Source: an uncultured virus (IMG/VR IMGVR_UViG_3300007512_002491) (lineage: Duplodnaviria; Heunggongvirae; Uroviricota; Caudoviricetes). From it: 64,000 nucleotides of DNA. Shown in pieces: positions 1 through 8,778 of this stretch (within the stretch, counting starts at the first letter, position 1; the number at the start of each line of letters is the position of its first letter). The notes under the pieces were generated by a model. The model searched no databases and was not told where the DNA came from. It was given only the letters and a program-made list of their open reading frames with translations. The DNA is taken from IMG/VR virus record IMGVR_UViG_3300007512_002491; one strand, 5' to 3'. The position numbers and the translations under genes were made by a program.

Positions 1-215
1 TGCCAACCAGAACCTTCACGAGTTTTTTCATCATAATGACACTGGTTAAAAAATACTGGATTATTAATTCCATTACGACGAAGAAAAGCTAGAGTTTCGG
101 CCTCTTCCTCAAAACTTCGACCGGTAATAATCACATCACCAGGACCAGGGCGGATTCCACAGACACTATCTCCAAGGTGAATCACTCCGTCAATATCAAA
201 ACCATTAACAACCAT
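1..215 (-). CDS. HAD-family phosphatase, 3' part runs off the window edge
   Basis: Not in the ORF track. My translation from ATG at 215 gives MVVNGFDIDGVIHLG...VIITGRS..., with HAD motif I (DxD) and motif II (T). AGGAG Shine-Dalgarno upstream. Confidence 0.7.
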   Translation of the reverse strand, partial: MVVNGFDIDGVIHLGDSVCGIRPGPGDVIITGRSFEEEAETLAFLRRNGINNPVFFNQCHYDEKTREGSGW

Positions 216-224
216 TATTTTCTC

Positions 225-941
225 CTAAACAACTTTGCGATAAAATGTGTAATCTAAAACCTTTTTCTGTCCGTACATCAAAATAGGGTGCTCTACTTTT
301 TTCCAAGTAGATTCTGGAAAAAAACGAGAAGGATATTCCGAATATGGTTTTCGAGTATTGTGAAATTCAATACCAACAACTTCTACAAAATCTGGTATCT
401 CTTTAATCGAATCTAAAATATCATACTCTTTTCCTTCGATATCAATTTTAAGAATTTCAGGCTTATATTTCTCTAATAGCCCTCCAAAAGAAAGGCCTGG
501 GACTGAAATAGTGGTTCCCGAAGCGTTTCTGCGTCGAACCGTAGAAGAAGAAACAGAATTTCTTTTAGAACTAGCATAATGAAAAACAACGCTATCAGTA
601 TCTTCTTCTGAAACTGCTGCATTTATGTTTTCAGCATTTTCAGCATTAATCTCTAGCAGTTGAAAATTATATGGGCACGGCTCTAGAGCAATAACTTGTT
701 TCGCGCCCTTTTGAAGAGCCATCCGAGCAAAACCGCCAATATTGGCACCCAGATCTAGAACAACTTTTCCGCAAGTGTCTATTTCACTATAGTTGTCTCG
801 GCACTCTCTAATAGAATTAAGATCAAAAGTGCCAGGACGATACCAAAAGTTATTACGAGGGTTTAGTTTAATAATGCATTCTTCAAAATTTCCAGCTTCA
901 GGATTAAATAATTTCCCTTTTTGCTCGTGGATTTTCGGCAT
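225..941 (-). CDS. FkbM-family SAM-dependent methyltransferase
   Basis: VLDLGANIGGF SAM motif, ALEP, LKIDIEGKE, and IEFH C-terminal motif. Confidence 0.85.
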   Translation of the reverse strand: MPKIHEQKGKLFNPEAGNFEECIIKLNPRNNFWYRPGTFDLNSIRECRDNYSEIDTCGKVVLDLGANIGGFARMALQKGAKQVIALEPCPYNFQLLEINAENAENINAAVSEEDTDSVVFHYASSKRNSVSSSTVRRRNASGTTISVPGLSFGGLLEKYKPEILKIDIEGKEYDILDSIKEIPDFVEVVGIEFHNTRKPYSEYPSRFFPESTWKKVEHPILMYGQKKVLDYTFYRKVV

Positions 942-942
942 T

Positions 943-2145
943 TTAATCTACTTCCTTGTTTCCTGCTGGGCAAGATTGATACAACTCTTCCGCACTGTAA
1001 TTTTGAGTTTGCCTCTTTGTAAATCTAGTAAGCTTTCTCTCTGAAAGAGCGTCGCATTCGTAAAGAGTTTCTGAAAACATTAATTGTTGGGGCGGGGTTT
1101 TTTGCGTAAAGGCAGATGGCCCACGCAAAGCTCCAACAATCCCCATTTCTCTCGCAACCTTTAGATATCGAGCCGCGTCGATAACAACTCCACCAGAGTT
1201 TGGAGAGTCGATTACGGAAAGTTGCGCGTCTAGAATTACTGGTGCGCCGAGGAAACCTTCCATCTCTACTCTAAAATTGGCAACCTTGTTATCTCCATAA
1301 AAACGAATATATTCTGAAGGGCCAGCATGTAAGAATGATTCTTCTGGATCAACTCCCCTGATAACATGCTGAGATCGAATTACATTTTCCTTAGAAACCT
1401 TTTTATACTTTAACCTAGATTGATCGACCATATTCAAGAAATCAGTATTTCCACCAACATTACGCTGAATATGAGCATTCACATTTAGTCCTCGGGCGAA
1501 AGCTAATTCTTGCAGCATTTGAGATAAAATAGACGCCCCAAACTGAGATTTCATATCGTCCCCAACCAAAGGAATTCCAGCATCAATAAACTTCTGTTCC
1601 CAAATTGGATTAGAAGCAATAAAGACTGGAATACAGTTAAGAAGAGAAACTCCCGTCTTTAGACACTGTTCTGCATACCACTCAGTAGCCTTCTGAGAAC
1701 CCACTGGTAGATAGTTGATTAGAATATCCACCTTTAAGTCTGTTAATATCTGAGCCACATCTACGGGCTCTAAATCAGCTGGTCTAAAAGCTTCATCGTC
1801 TGGATAAGATTTCATCAAAGACGGTACCCCATCTAACACTGGGCCCATCTGAACTATTGGACCATCGGGAACATTAGGTTCATATTCTGGAGTACAGTTT
1901 GGTTTAGCCCACATAGCTTCTCTAAAACACTTGCCGACTTTTCTTTTGTCTATATCAAACGCAGCTACAACATCGAGGTCAGCTACTGAATATCCTCCGA
2001 TTCGGCTCTTCATAACGCCGTCGCGCTCTTGGCCTTCGGTGTATCCAGCATAATATGTTAATCCTTGATAGAAAGAATTAGCGCAATTTCCGACACCGAC
2101 AATTGCAACTCGAATTGATTTATTTTTTGGCATATTTTTCTCCAT
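943..2145 (-). CDS. ino1: myo-inositol-1-phosphate synthase
   Basis: IRVAIVGVGNCA Rossmann motif, INYLPVGS, GDDMKSQFGAS, NVGGNTDFLNM, DSPNSGGVVIDA. Confidence 0.93.
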   Translation of the reverse strand: MEKNMPKNKSIRVAIVGVGNCANSFYQGLTYYAGYTEGQERDGVMKSRIGGYSVADLDVVAAFDIDKRKVGKCFREAMWAKPNCTPEYEPNVPDGPIVQMGPVLDGVPSLMKSYPDDEAFRPADLEPVDVAQILTDLKVDILINYLPVGSQKATEWYAEQCLKTGVSLLNCIPVFIASNPIWEQKFIDAGIPLVGDDMKSQFGASILSQMLQELAFARGLNVNAHIQRNVGGNTDFLNMVDQSRLKYKKVSKENVIRSQHVIRGVDPEESFLHAGPSEYIRFYGDNKVANFRVEMEGFLGAPVILDAQLSVIDSPNSGGVVIDAARYLKVAREMGIVGALRGPSAFTQKTPPQQLMFSETLYECDALSERKLTRFTKRQTQNYSAEELYQSCPAGNKEVD

Positions 2146-2147
2146 TT

Positions 2148-3206
2148 TTAGCTACTATGCAAGCTATTTAATTTATTTTCAAAAAGATCCCACCTATAAG
2201 AAACTGGGCTTAAATGAACACTTTTTGGACGCTCCATATATTCAAAATCCAACTCTTTAGAATCATTTAAAAACTCTTCGGGCCAATGGAAAGTATTCCA
2301 TTTGTTTTCTATACAAATTTTATCCACAGCGTTGTTAAATGTATTGACTAGTTTGGTTCTTTCTTCCCAAGTTCCAAAATATGGAGTCTTCTTATAGTAG
2401 CCAGTTTTTGGAAGTTTTCGAGAAATATTTTCAATTGGAAGAACGTGAACAATTTCTATGTTTGGAATGCCTAAAGATTTAAGCTGGTATCCCAATTCTA
2501 TTCCCATTGCATGGGCTTTTTCAAAAGGGTTTTCTTGTCTCATGAGGTGATGTCGAATATCAATATTACCCATATAAAACGTAAGATGAGTTAAATCTTT
2601 AGTCATCATACCCGATTTTTCTTCAATGGTTTGCTTCACTCCATTTCGTAAAGTAGAAAAAAGTGTAAGACCATCGTTTCGACAAACAGAATACCCGGGG
2701 GCATAAGTTGAGAAGCAGTGGCTGTCTCCAAAACAAAGTTTTTTCGATCTTTCTACATAGTCGATTCTACGAGTAGACTTGCAGATATCGTCTAACAAGT
2801 CTAGCTTAAGGTTTCCAACTCGACTACTAGTAGATTTATTATGAAGTCTTCCTTTGATCGTGTTTCCGATAAGGGGCATTTCATGATTTAAAATAAATGT
2901 CGGGCCTTCAAAGTCTTGAACTCTAGAAAATCTTCTAACGACATTATCATCCACTCCAAAAAAGAAATTAATGGCTCCCGAATAAGCAATTCCAGGATAA
3001 AAAATCATGGCTTCATAGCCTTCGTAAGTATCATGATTTCCCAAGACGTGAACGTCTTCCCAGCCGGCAGATTGAAGCATGTTTTTATACAAATGAACCC
3101 AAGCCGCGTTGTGACTATGTTTACGAGTTGGAATATTGCGCTCTAATCCATCAATACCGATTTTGCAACTTTTTGGTAATTCATAATCTACAAAATAATT
3201 CATCAC
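2148..3206 (-). CDS. hypothetical protein with C-terminal SGNH/GDSL-like domain (possible esterase or acyltransferase)
   Basis: FGDSH (block I-like), YMGNID (block III-like), terminal SVHLSP. N-terminal half not recognised. Confidence 0.5.
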   Translation of the reverse strand: MMNYFVDYELPKSCKIGIDGLERNIPTRKHSHNAAWVHLYKNMLQSAGWEDVHVLGNHDTYEGYEAMIFYPGIAYSGAINFFFGVDDNVVRRFSRVQDFEGPTFILNHEMPLIGNTIKGRLHNKSTSSRVGNLKLDLLDDICKSTRRIDYVERSKKLCFGDSHCFSTYAPGYSVCRNDGLTLFSTLRNGVKQTIEEKSGMMTKDLTHLTFYMGNIDIRHHLMRQENPFEKAHAMGIELGYQLKSLGIPNIEIVHVLPIENISRKLPKTGYYKKTPYFGTWEERTKLVNTFNNAVDKICIENKWNTFHWPEEFLNDSKELDFEYMERPKSVHLSPVSYRWDLFENKLNSLHSS

Positions 3207-3637
3207 TCAACTCCCGTACTTCCAAATCCGCCTTCGCCGCGCTGGGTTTGTTGTTCATAAAGATTTTCTAGTTCTACTTCTTCAATTGTGTCATAAAATA
3301 CTGGAAGTAAAACAAATTGTATAATTTTTTCTCCAGAAGAAATTTTCACTGTTTCTCTGCCAACATTGATCAAGTTAATATGGATCTCTCCTTGATAATC
3401 TTCATCAACAACGCATGCGCCGACGTGGAGATTCTTTTTTACAGCTACGCCACTCTTGTTAAATGCAATTAAAGCATGGCCTGCTGGAACATTAGCCTTT
3501 ATTCCGCTTGGCATCAAACAAGAATAACCCGGAGGTAAGCTAACAACCATTCCTTGCGGAACATAAAAATCTATGCCTGCAGATTCAGGAGTTCCTCGAG
3601 TTGGAGTTTTAACACTTCTTACTTTACTTATTTTCAT
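3203..3637 (-). CDS. dut: trimeric dUTPase
   Basis: AGIDF, NKSG, VVDEDYQGEI, RGEGGFGSTG (motifs 1, 2, 3 and 5). Confidence 0.95.
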   Translation of the reverse strand: MKISKVRSVKTPTRGTPESAGIDFYVPQGMVVSLPPGYSCLMPSGIKANVPAGHALIAFNKSGVAVKKNLHVGACVVDEDYQGEIHINLINVGRETVKISSGEKIIQFVLLPVFYDTIEEVELENLYEQQTQRGEGGFGSTGVE

Positions 3638-3905
3638 TTTTCAAACCCTTTTGAATGTAGTTATTCCACGCGCCCAGATAAGCTGCGGCATCTAAAAAAT
3701 TATCTTCTTTATAATTGTATGAGTGCCTCGAAAACTTAAGAGCTACTAAAGCAGCAAAAATATCGTCGGCAGTAAAATCTTTTCCAGTCATCCCAGAAGC
3801 AATCATTGCAGCGCGCTCTAAGCCTTCGCCCATCGGGCCATATTGTCTTTCTTTTTCTTCAGATCTTTCGTTAATAATTTTGTTAGCTTCGTCAAGAATA
3901 TTCAT
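3624..3905 (-). CDS. small all-alpha protein, DUF6378/MazG-like nucleotide pyrophosphatase candidate
   Basis: 93 aa with R..QYG, LKFSR and DNFLDAAAY pattern; lies between a TS-fold enzyme and dUTPase. Confidence 0.6.
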   Translation of the reverse strand: MNILDEANKIINERSEEKERQYGPMGEGLERAAMIASGMTGKDFTADDIFAALVALKFSRHSYNYKEDNFLDAAAYLGAWNNYIQKGLKNENK

Positions 3906-4747
3906 TGAAAGATAATCTCCCTAATCTCTTTAATCTTACTCGATATTTCGTCTTTGTCTAGGTTTTCTTCAAAAAAAGATATAAATTTTTCCATTTTTGG
4001 CCAAGTTAAATCTGGATTTAAAGTCATTTTTTCAAATGTGGGATACCCTTCTTTTCTAGCTTTCTTAAAGTAGTTTTTTGAGATTTTTTCTAGCATTTCG
4101 TAATGTCGATCATAAACATGAAAGCTTCCAGCTGAATGGTAATAATTGCCTAGCTTTAAATTAGCACCACGAGAATTTAGTTCGTTTAACATAAGCTGTT
4201 GAAACAACGCAAAAGTAAAAACGTCATTGCAAAAACCAAAAACTGCATCGTTAGATCTCATGTAAACTCCCAAGTGAAGAGCATCTCCTCTAATAAAAAA
4301 ATGAATATAATGAGTGCAGGGGTAGTCGTTAGGATTTTTCCATCGATGGTGAGGTTGGTTAATTACGCAAGTAGCTCTTCTTGTATCTCTATCGTTAAGA
4401 AGCTCGTTTACTAAATCATACCAAGCAGGCTTTATATAACTTCCATAATTTGATTCAACTAAATTATCTTCATCAGCTATTTTATTCCATATATCAGCAA
4501 ACTTCCCAATATTGCTTACTTCGCAATTGGAAGTAAGATACCAAAGCCACTCTAAAACAGCGTAATCTTCATTAAACTTGCGGGCGGGCACTTTGATCTT
4601 TAGATCTGTTGGATCTTTTATAATGAAAGAGCAAAACAATTTTTCTTTTTGCGTGAATCCTCTCGACTTAACTTCTTCACCGTTAAATTTGAGGTCTACT
4701 AATTCTTCAACAAACGCTTGATTTAAATTTATATAGTTTTCAACCAT
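3902..4747 (-). CDS. thymidylate-synthase-fold enzyme, dCMP hydroxymethylase (T4 gp42)-like
   Basis: Catalytic DYPC, then MRSNDAVFGFCND and SFHVY. Asp sits at the specificity position where ThyA has Asn. Confidence 0.8.
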   Translation of the reverse strand: MVENYINLNQAFVEELVDLKFNGEEVKSRGFTQKEKLFCSFIIKDPTDLKIKVPARKFNEDYAVLEWLWYLTSNCEVSNIGKFADIWNKIADEDNLVESNYGSYIKPAWYDLVNELLNDRDTRRATCVINQPHHRWKNPNDYPCTHYIHFFIRGDALHLGVYMRSNDAVFGFCNDVFTFALFQQLMLNELNSRGANLKLGNYYHSAGSFHVYDRHYEMLEKISKNYFKKARKEGYPTFEKMTLNPDLTWPKMEKFISFFEENLDKDEISSKIKEIREIIFQ

Positions 4748-4753
4748 AAGATT

Positions 4754-4782
4754 ATTCTACTCCGAGTTTGTGATTTTTACAA
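4754..4782 (-). promoter_or_regulatory. sigma70-like promoter, probably giving a leaderless mRNA for the modification operon
   Basis: TTGTAA-17 nt-TAGAAT, then 6 nt to ATG at 4747; no SD. Confidence 0.65.
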
Positions 4783-7700
4783 TTAAGAAAGATCATTAAA
4801 GCTAAATTTTTTGATCCTGTTCCACTTCGTAGACATTCCGAAATCATTTTTATCTACTTCTGCGATGCAAAAAGTAAAAGGATCTAAATCAGCATCTTTA
4901 GGCACTCCCCAGCAAAACATTCTATGAGATTTTCCTGTTGAAGCTATGCCGTTCAAGAGCAAATATGGCTTCTTGTTTTTTGTGAGTTTGGGGATTGCTT
5001 TTGTTAAAACAAACCAGTAAAACTCTCTACCACAATGTTCATCTAAAGAAAGAATATTTTTGTCATTCATTCTTTTTACAAATTTTTCTGGTAAAAGAGC
5101 TTCTACATTAATGGTTCCCAAAAGCTCTTGTTCAAAATTCATCATTGCGTCGAAAGACCACTCAGAAATTTCAGAGCTCTCTACAAGAATTTTAAAGAAA
5201 TTATTTTTTCCACGATAAGGATCTTTCTTAGTACGTTTTCTAAGCTCGTTAAAGTTTTCTATAACAACAGAGTGCATATGCGCATAACTCTTAAAATCTT
5301 TGTCTGGGCCGACGCACTCTAGGGAGTCAAAAGCTCTAATTTTTATCAAGGACTCTATAGCTCTCTTGTTGAATTTAGCATGCTTCCAAGTTCCATCTTC
5401 ACTCCAAAACATATCTTCAAGCGATTTGTAAGGGCGTTTTTCCAAAATTTCTTCAACCGCTGCTGCGCCCACACCTTTGCAAGACAAAAATGAGGGCATC
5501 AAAGAATTATCGTCTATGCAAGTCCAAGCTTTACCAGCTTTATTAATGTCAATTGGGACTATTTTATAGCCAAGCGCCTTTACTTCGCTTAAAGCCTTTG
5601 AAAGCTTTTTAGGATTTCCTGAACATGCTTCTAAGTAAGCTTGAATCCACTCTTGTTCAAAATAGGTCATGAACCATGCACAATGATATGAGTTCACAGC
5701 ATAAGAAACCGCGTGAGACTTATTAAATCCGTACCCAGAGAAATACAGAATCCTATCATAAAGCTCGCTAGCAATATTTTTCTCTACACCATTTTTTGAT
5801 GCGCCTTCTACAAACTTATTCTTAAGGGCGGCAGCTTTCTTTATGTTTTCATTACCAGAACCAACTGGCTTCATCATTTTTCTAAGTTTGTTACATTCAG
5901 CTTTAGGGAATCCAGCAACCACGTGGCAAAGCTCCATTACTTGCTCTTGAAAAATAATCATTCCATAAGTTGAATTAAGAACTTGTTCAATCAATGGATG
6001 ACCATAAAAAACATTTTCTGGATTGTTTTTAGCCTTAATATAAAGTTTGTCTACTTTGGCAGACAGTGGACCTGGTCGGTAAATAGAAGTCAAAGTAGCC
6101 AAATCAACTAACCCTACCGGCTTAGCTCTTTTGAAAAGCGCTTGAGCTCCTCGCTGAGTACACTGAAAAATTCCAGCCCATCTTCCAGAGTGATAAACAT
6201 TTTCATAAACTTTTTGGTCGTTGAAATCTATCACATTTGGAGCAATATGAGAATTGTACCATTCAACAATTTGCTCGAAAGAAGGATTTTCTATTCCAGA
6301 CTTTTCTAAAACAAGAGAAATAGTCCTCTCAATAATTCTAAGTGTTTCCAATCCAAGTAAATCAAATTTGATCCACCCAAATTCTTCTAGATGTTTATAG
6401 TTCATGCCTTCTACCCAAGGAGTTTGCATTTCTCCCCTAGCAACAATCAACGGCATTCTTTCTTCGATCTTTTCAGATACAATTACTCCACCAGCGTGTC
6501 GGCCGAGAGCCTTGTTTTGCTTATATAACACGTTTATAGGATCAGCAATTTGCGGGTATTTTTCTAGATAATCTCTGACTTTCGTAGAATACTTTTTAGC
6601 TTCTTCAAAACTAATATCAAAAGCTGCATCTACGCCGTCAGCTTTTCTTCCTTGGGCTACTTCTCTTTCTAATGAAGCTAAAGTTTTGTTTACTTCAGAA
6701 AACTCAATGCCGTAAAACCTAGATACATCTTTAAGAAGACTCTTGATTTTAAAAGTATTGTAATTTGAAATTGGAATTACGTTTTTATTTCCAAAATTAC
6801 TTCTAAGAATCTTGATGAGCTCATCTCTATCCGCAATATCTGTATCGATATCTGGCATTTCAGTACGCTCTGGAGACATAAAACGCTCAAACAAAAGCCC
6901 ATATTCTACAGGATCGATATCCGTAATATACAGTGCATAGTTTACTAAAGATCCCGCACCAGAGCCTCGACCTGGGCCAGCTAACATTTTTTCTCGAGCT
7001 AAATCAATAATTGCTTTCATTGTAAGAAAATACTCAGAAAAGTTTTTATCAAAAATAACTTTTAGCTCGGTTTTCATCCGCTCCACATATTCTGGCTTAT
7101 TTGCTAGCCCTCGCTTGACCAACCCCTCTTTAGAAGCTTCTAAAAGAGCTTTATTTGCTGTCACCCCTTCTGGAACGACATACGACGGAAGTTTCATTTT
7201 GCGGTCTGGGTGTATCTCGCCAATCATTTCGTGAGCTACATCGTGAGTTCTTTCGATAGCTTCAAATATTTCATCGCTATTATAAAAATCATGCTCAGCA
7301 GAAGTTTCAAGATAAGATTCCCACACCTGTTGAGCATTTTTAGGATAAAGCTCACACTTAAGATCGTCTTTAGATTTTGGAAGATTGTCTGGATTAAAGC
7401 TTTTATAATTTAGCCAGCCCAACTTTTTATAGAGTTCTCTTTCTTTCCAGTGCTCTGGAGAAGCATAATGAGAATCGCAAGTAACGACAAGTTGGTCGGT
7501 TAAAGACCGTGTTCTTGCAAATTCTAATATTGCTCTATTCACTAAGTGCTGAGCTGGAAGCTTGTTGAATTGAAGTTCTAGCATAACGTTTTCTTCGCCA
7601 ACAGCGTCTGCGAGCTGGTCATAAGAATATTCAAACTTAGAAAGAATTTTATTTCTCAAAGATTCGTCATCAAAAAGCGAAGGAATAAGATCTTCAAAGT

Positions 7701-8382
7701 TAGTTTCTTGTAGTGGTTGAAATACGTCATAAGCTAAAGGGCCGCCAATACAAGCTGTCGAAACCATTAGATGGCCTCCCTTGGCTGCCTCTTTAAGCAT
7801 CTTATAGTCCACTCTTGGAAACCTATAGAATCCTTCTGTGTACCCTCTAGAAATCAAATGAAACAACCTTTGTAGACCTTCAGACGTTTTCGGTAAAACT
7901 ACTAAATGGTGTCGACGTTTGATTGGATCGTAAAATTTTCCTGATTTCGTTTCTTCCTCGTTTTCAACAGTTAAAGAGGCACCCTCTAAACCGACATCTA
8001 AAGTTTCATCGTGTTCATCTACAAAAGCTAAAAGCGGAGTTTGAATTGCTTCTCTTTGCTTTTTTAGAATATCCAAAGCTTCTTTGTCGCCTTTTTTAGC
8101 CATTTTGTTTATTTCATAATCTAGCTTCCACACGTCTAAATCTGGGTGGACATACATTTCACAACCCGGAATAAGCTTAAAGTTGCCTCCAGCTTTATTT
8201 AATTTTTCTGTATGGAGATAAGCATGCGCAAAACCGTTCATATGACCATGATCGGTCAAAGACCAACCATCTAATCCATTTTCGCGGCAAAAGTCAATAT
8301 GCTCTTGGGGGTATCCAAGACCATCAAAAATAGAAAAACCAGAATGGGAATGCAAACCAAAAAACTTACTAGGAACCTTCAC
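4783..8382 (-). CDS. dnaE: DNA polymerase III alpha subunit (family C)
   Basis: PHP domain (LHSHSGFSIFDG, LTDHG, CDSHY), GPGRGSGAGSLV, MPDIDTD, KFDLLGL, FSGYGFNKSHAVSY. GTG start. Confidence 0.96.
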   Translation of the reverse strand: MKVPSKFFGLHSHSGFSIFDGLGYPQEHIDFCRENGLDGWSLTDHGHMNGFAHAYLHTEKLNKAGGNFKLIPGCEMYVHPDLDVWKLDYEINKMAKKGDKEALDILKKQREAIQTPLLAFVDEHDETLDVGLEGASLTVENEEETKSGKFYDPIKRRHHLVVLPKTSEGLQRLFHLISRGYTEGFYRFPRVDYKMLKEAAKGGHLMVSTACIGGPLAYDVFQPLQETNFEDLIPSLFDDESLRNKILSKFEYSYDQLADAVGEENVMLELQFNKLPAQHLVNRAILEFARTRSLTDQLVVTCDSHYASPEHWKERELYKKLGWLNYKSFNPDNLPKSKDDLKCELYPKNAQQVWESYLETSAEHDFYNSDEIFEAIERTHDVAHEMIGEIHPDRKMKLPSYVVPEGVTANKALLEASKEGLVKRGLANKPEYVERMKTELKVIFDKNFSEYFLTMKAIIDLAREKMLAGPGRGSGAGSLVNYALYITDIDPVEYGLLFERFMSPERTEMPDIDTDIADRDELIKILRSNFGNKNVIPISNYNTFKIKSLLKDVSRFYGIEFSEVNKTLASLEREVAQGRKADGVDAAFDISFEEAKKYSTKVRDYLEKYPQIADPINVLYKQNKALGRHAGGVIVSEKIEERMPLIVARGEMQTPWVEGMNYKHLEEFGWIKFDLLGLETLRIIERTISLVLEKSGIENPSFEQIVEWYNSHIAPNVIDFNDQKVYENVYHSGRWAGIFQCTQRGAQALFKRAKPVGLVDLATLTSIYRPGPLSAKVDKLYIKAKNNPENVFYGHPLIEQVLNSTYGMIIFQEQVMELCHVVAGFPKAECNKLRKMMKPVGSGNENIKKAAALKNKFVEGASKNGVEKNIASELYDRILYFSGYGFNKSHAVSYAVNSYHCAWFMTYFEQEWIQAYLEACSGNPKKLSKALSEVKALGYKIVPIDINKAGKAWTCIDDNSLMPSFLSCKGVGAAAVEEILEKRPYKSLEDMFWSEDGTWKHAKFNKRAIESLIKIRAFDSLECVGPDKDFKSYAHMHSVVIENFNELRKRTKKDPYRGKNNFFKILVESSEISEWSFDAMMNFEQELLGTINVEALLPEKFVKRMNDKNILSLDEHCGREFYWFVLTKAIPKLTKNKKPYLLLNGIASTGKSHRMFCWGVPKDADLDPFTFCIAEVDKNDFGMSTKWNRIKKFSFNDLS

Positions 8383-8384
8383 TT

Positions 8385-8434
8385 AAAAACCTCTATTGAT
8401 AATCCATTATATCAAATAACGAGAGGTTTTTCAC
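8385..8434 (-). promoter_or_regulatory. sigma70-like dnaE promoter embedded in a hairpin that covers the dnaE SD
   Basis: GTGAAA (8434-8429)-17 nt-TATAAT (8411-8406). Inverted repeat aaaaacctct 8385-8394 / agaggttttt 8422-8431, plus inner ttgata/tatcaa. Confidence 0.65.
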
Positions 8435-8435
8435 T

Positions 8436-8726
8436 TTATCCTGTTGAATTTCTTAATCTTTGTAGTTCCCTTCCGTCGTAGTTTACAGCATTAGCGTCTT
8501 TTTTGTCTATGTCTTGCTGGCGCTGCTGAGTTAATTGTTGCTCTTGCGCGCTTAGCTGTTCTTGATCTTCTGGATCTTCTGTTTCAGAAGTTTTTTCTTT
8601 CGAAGGTGCCGACAAATCGCCAAACTCTATATAACCGCTATTGTCATCGTCATCTTTAGACGGCGGCGTATAGCCAACAACTTGCTCTCTTAGAATCTCT
8701 CTAATTAACAGACGTAAAGAATTCAT
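8436..8726 (-). CDS. hypothetical acidic protein, possible internal head protein
   Basis: N-terminal LRLLIREILRE amphipathic motif followed by a low-complexity acidic/Gln-rich region. Confidence 0.5.
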   Translation of the reverse strand: MNSLRLLIREILREQVVGYTPPSKDDDDNSGYIEFGDLSAPSKEKTSETEDPEDQEQLSAQEQQLTQQRQQDIDKKDANAVNYDGRELQRLRNSTG

Positions 8727-8747
8727 TAGTATCTCACTTTATCATTA

Positions 8748-8754
8748 ATATTTA
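8748..8754 (+). promoter_or_regulatory. putative late-promoter motif ATATTTA
   Basis: About 25 nt before the only + strand gene, oriented with that gene. Confidence 0.5.
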
Positions 8755-8778
8755 TATTTTATAAAAGGAAACTAAAAA

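Noticed and set aside
3902..4747. Calling this gene thyA
   Set aside because: It has Asp rather than Asn at the specificity position, and thyX is present elsewhere.
7900..8160. Intein in DnaE (also looked at RNR, DnaB, RecA, TerL)
   Set aside because: No C/S-start...HN-C/S/T splice motifs or LAGLIDADG blocks seen, and protein lengths are normal.
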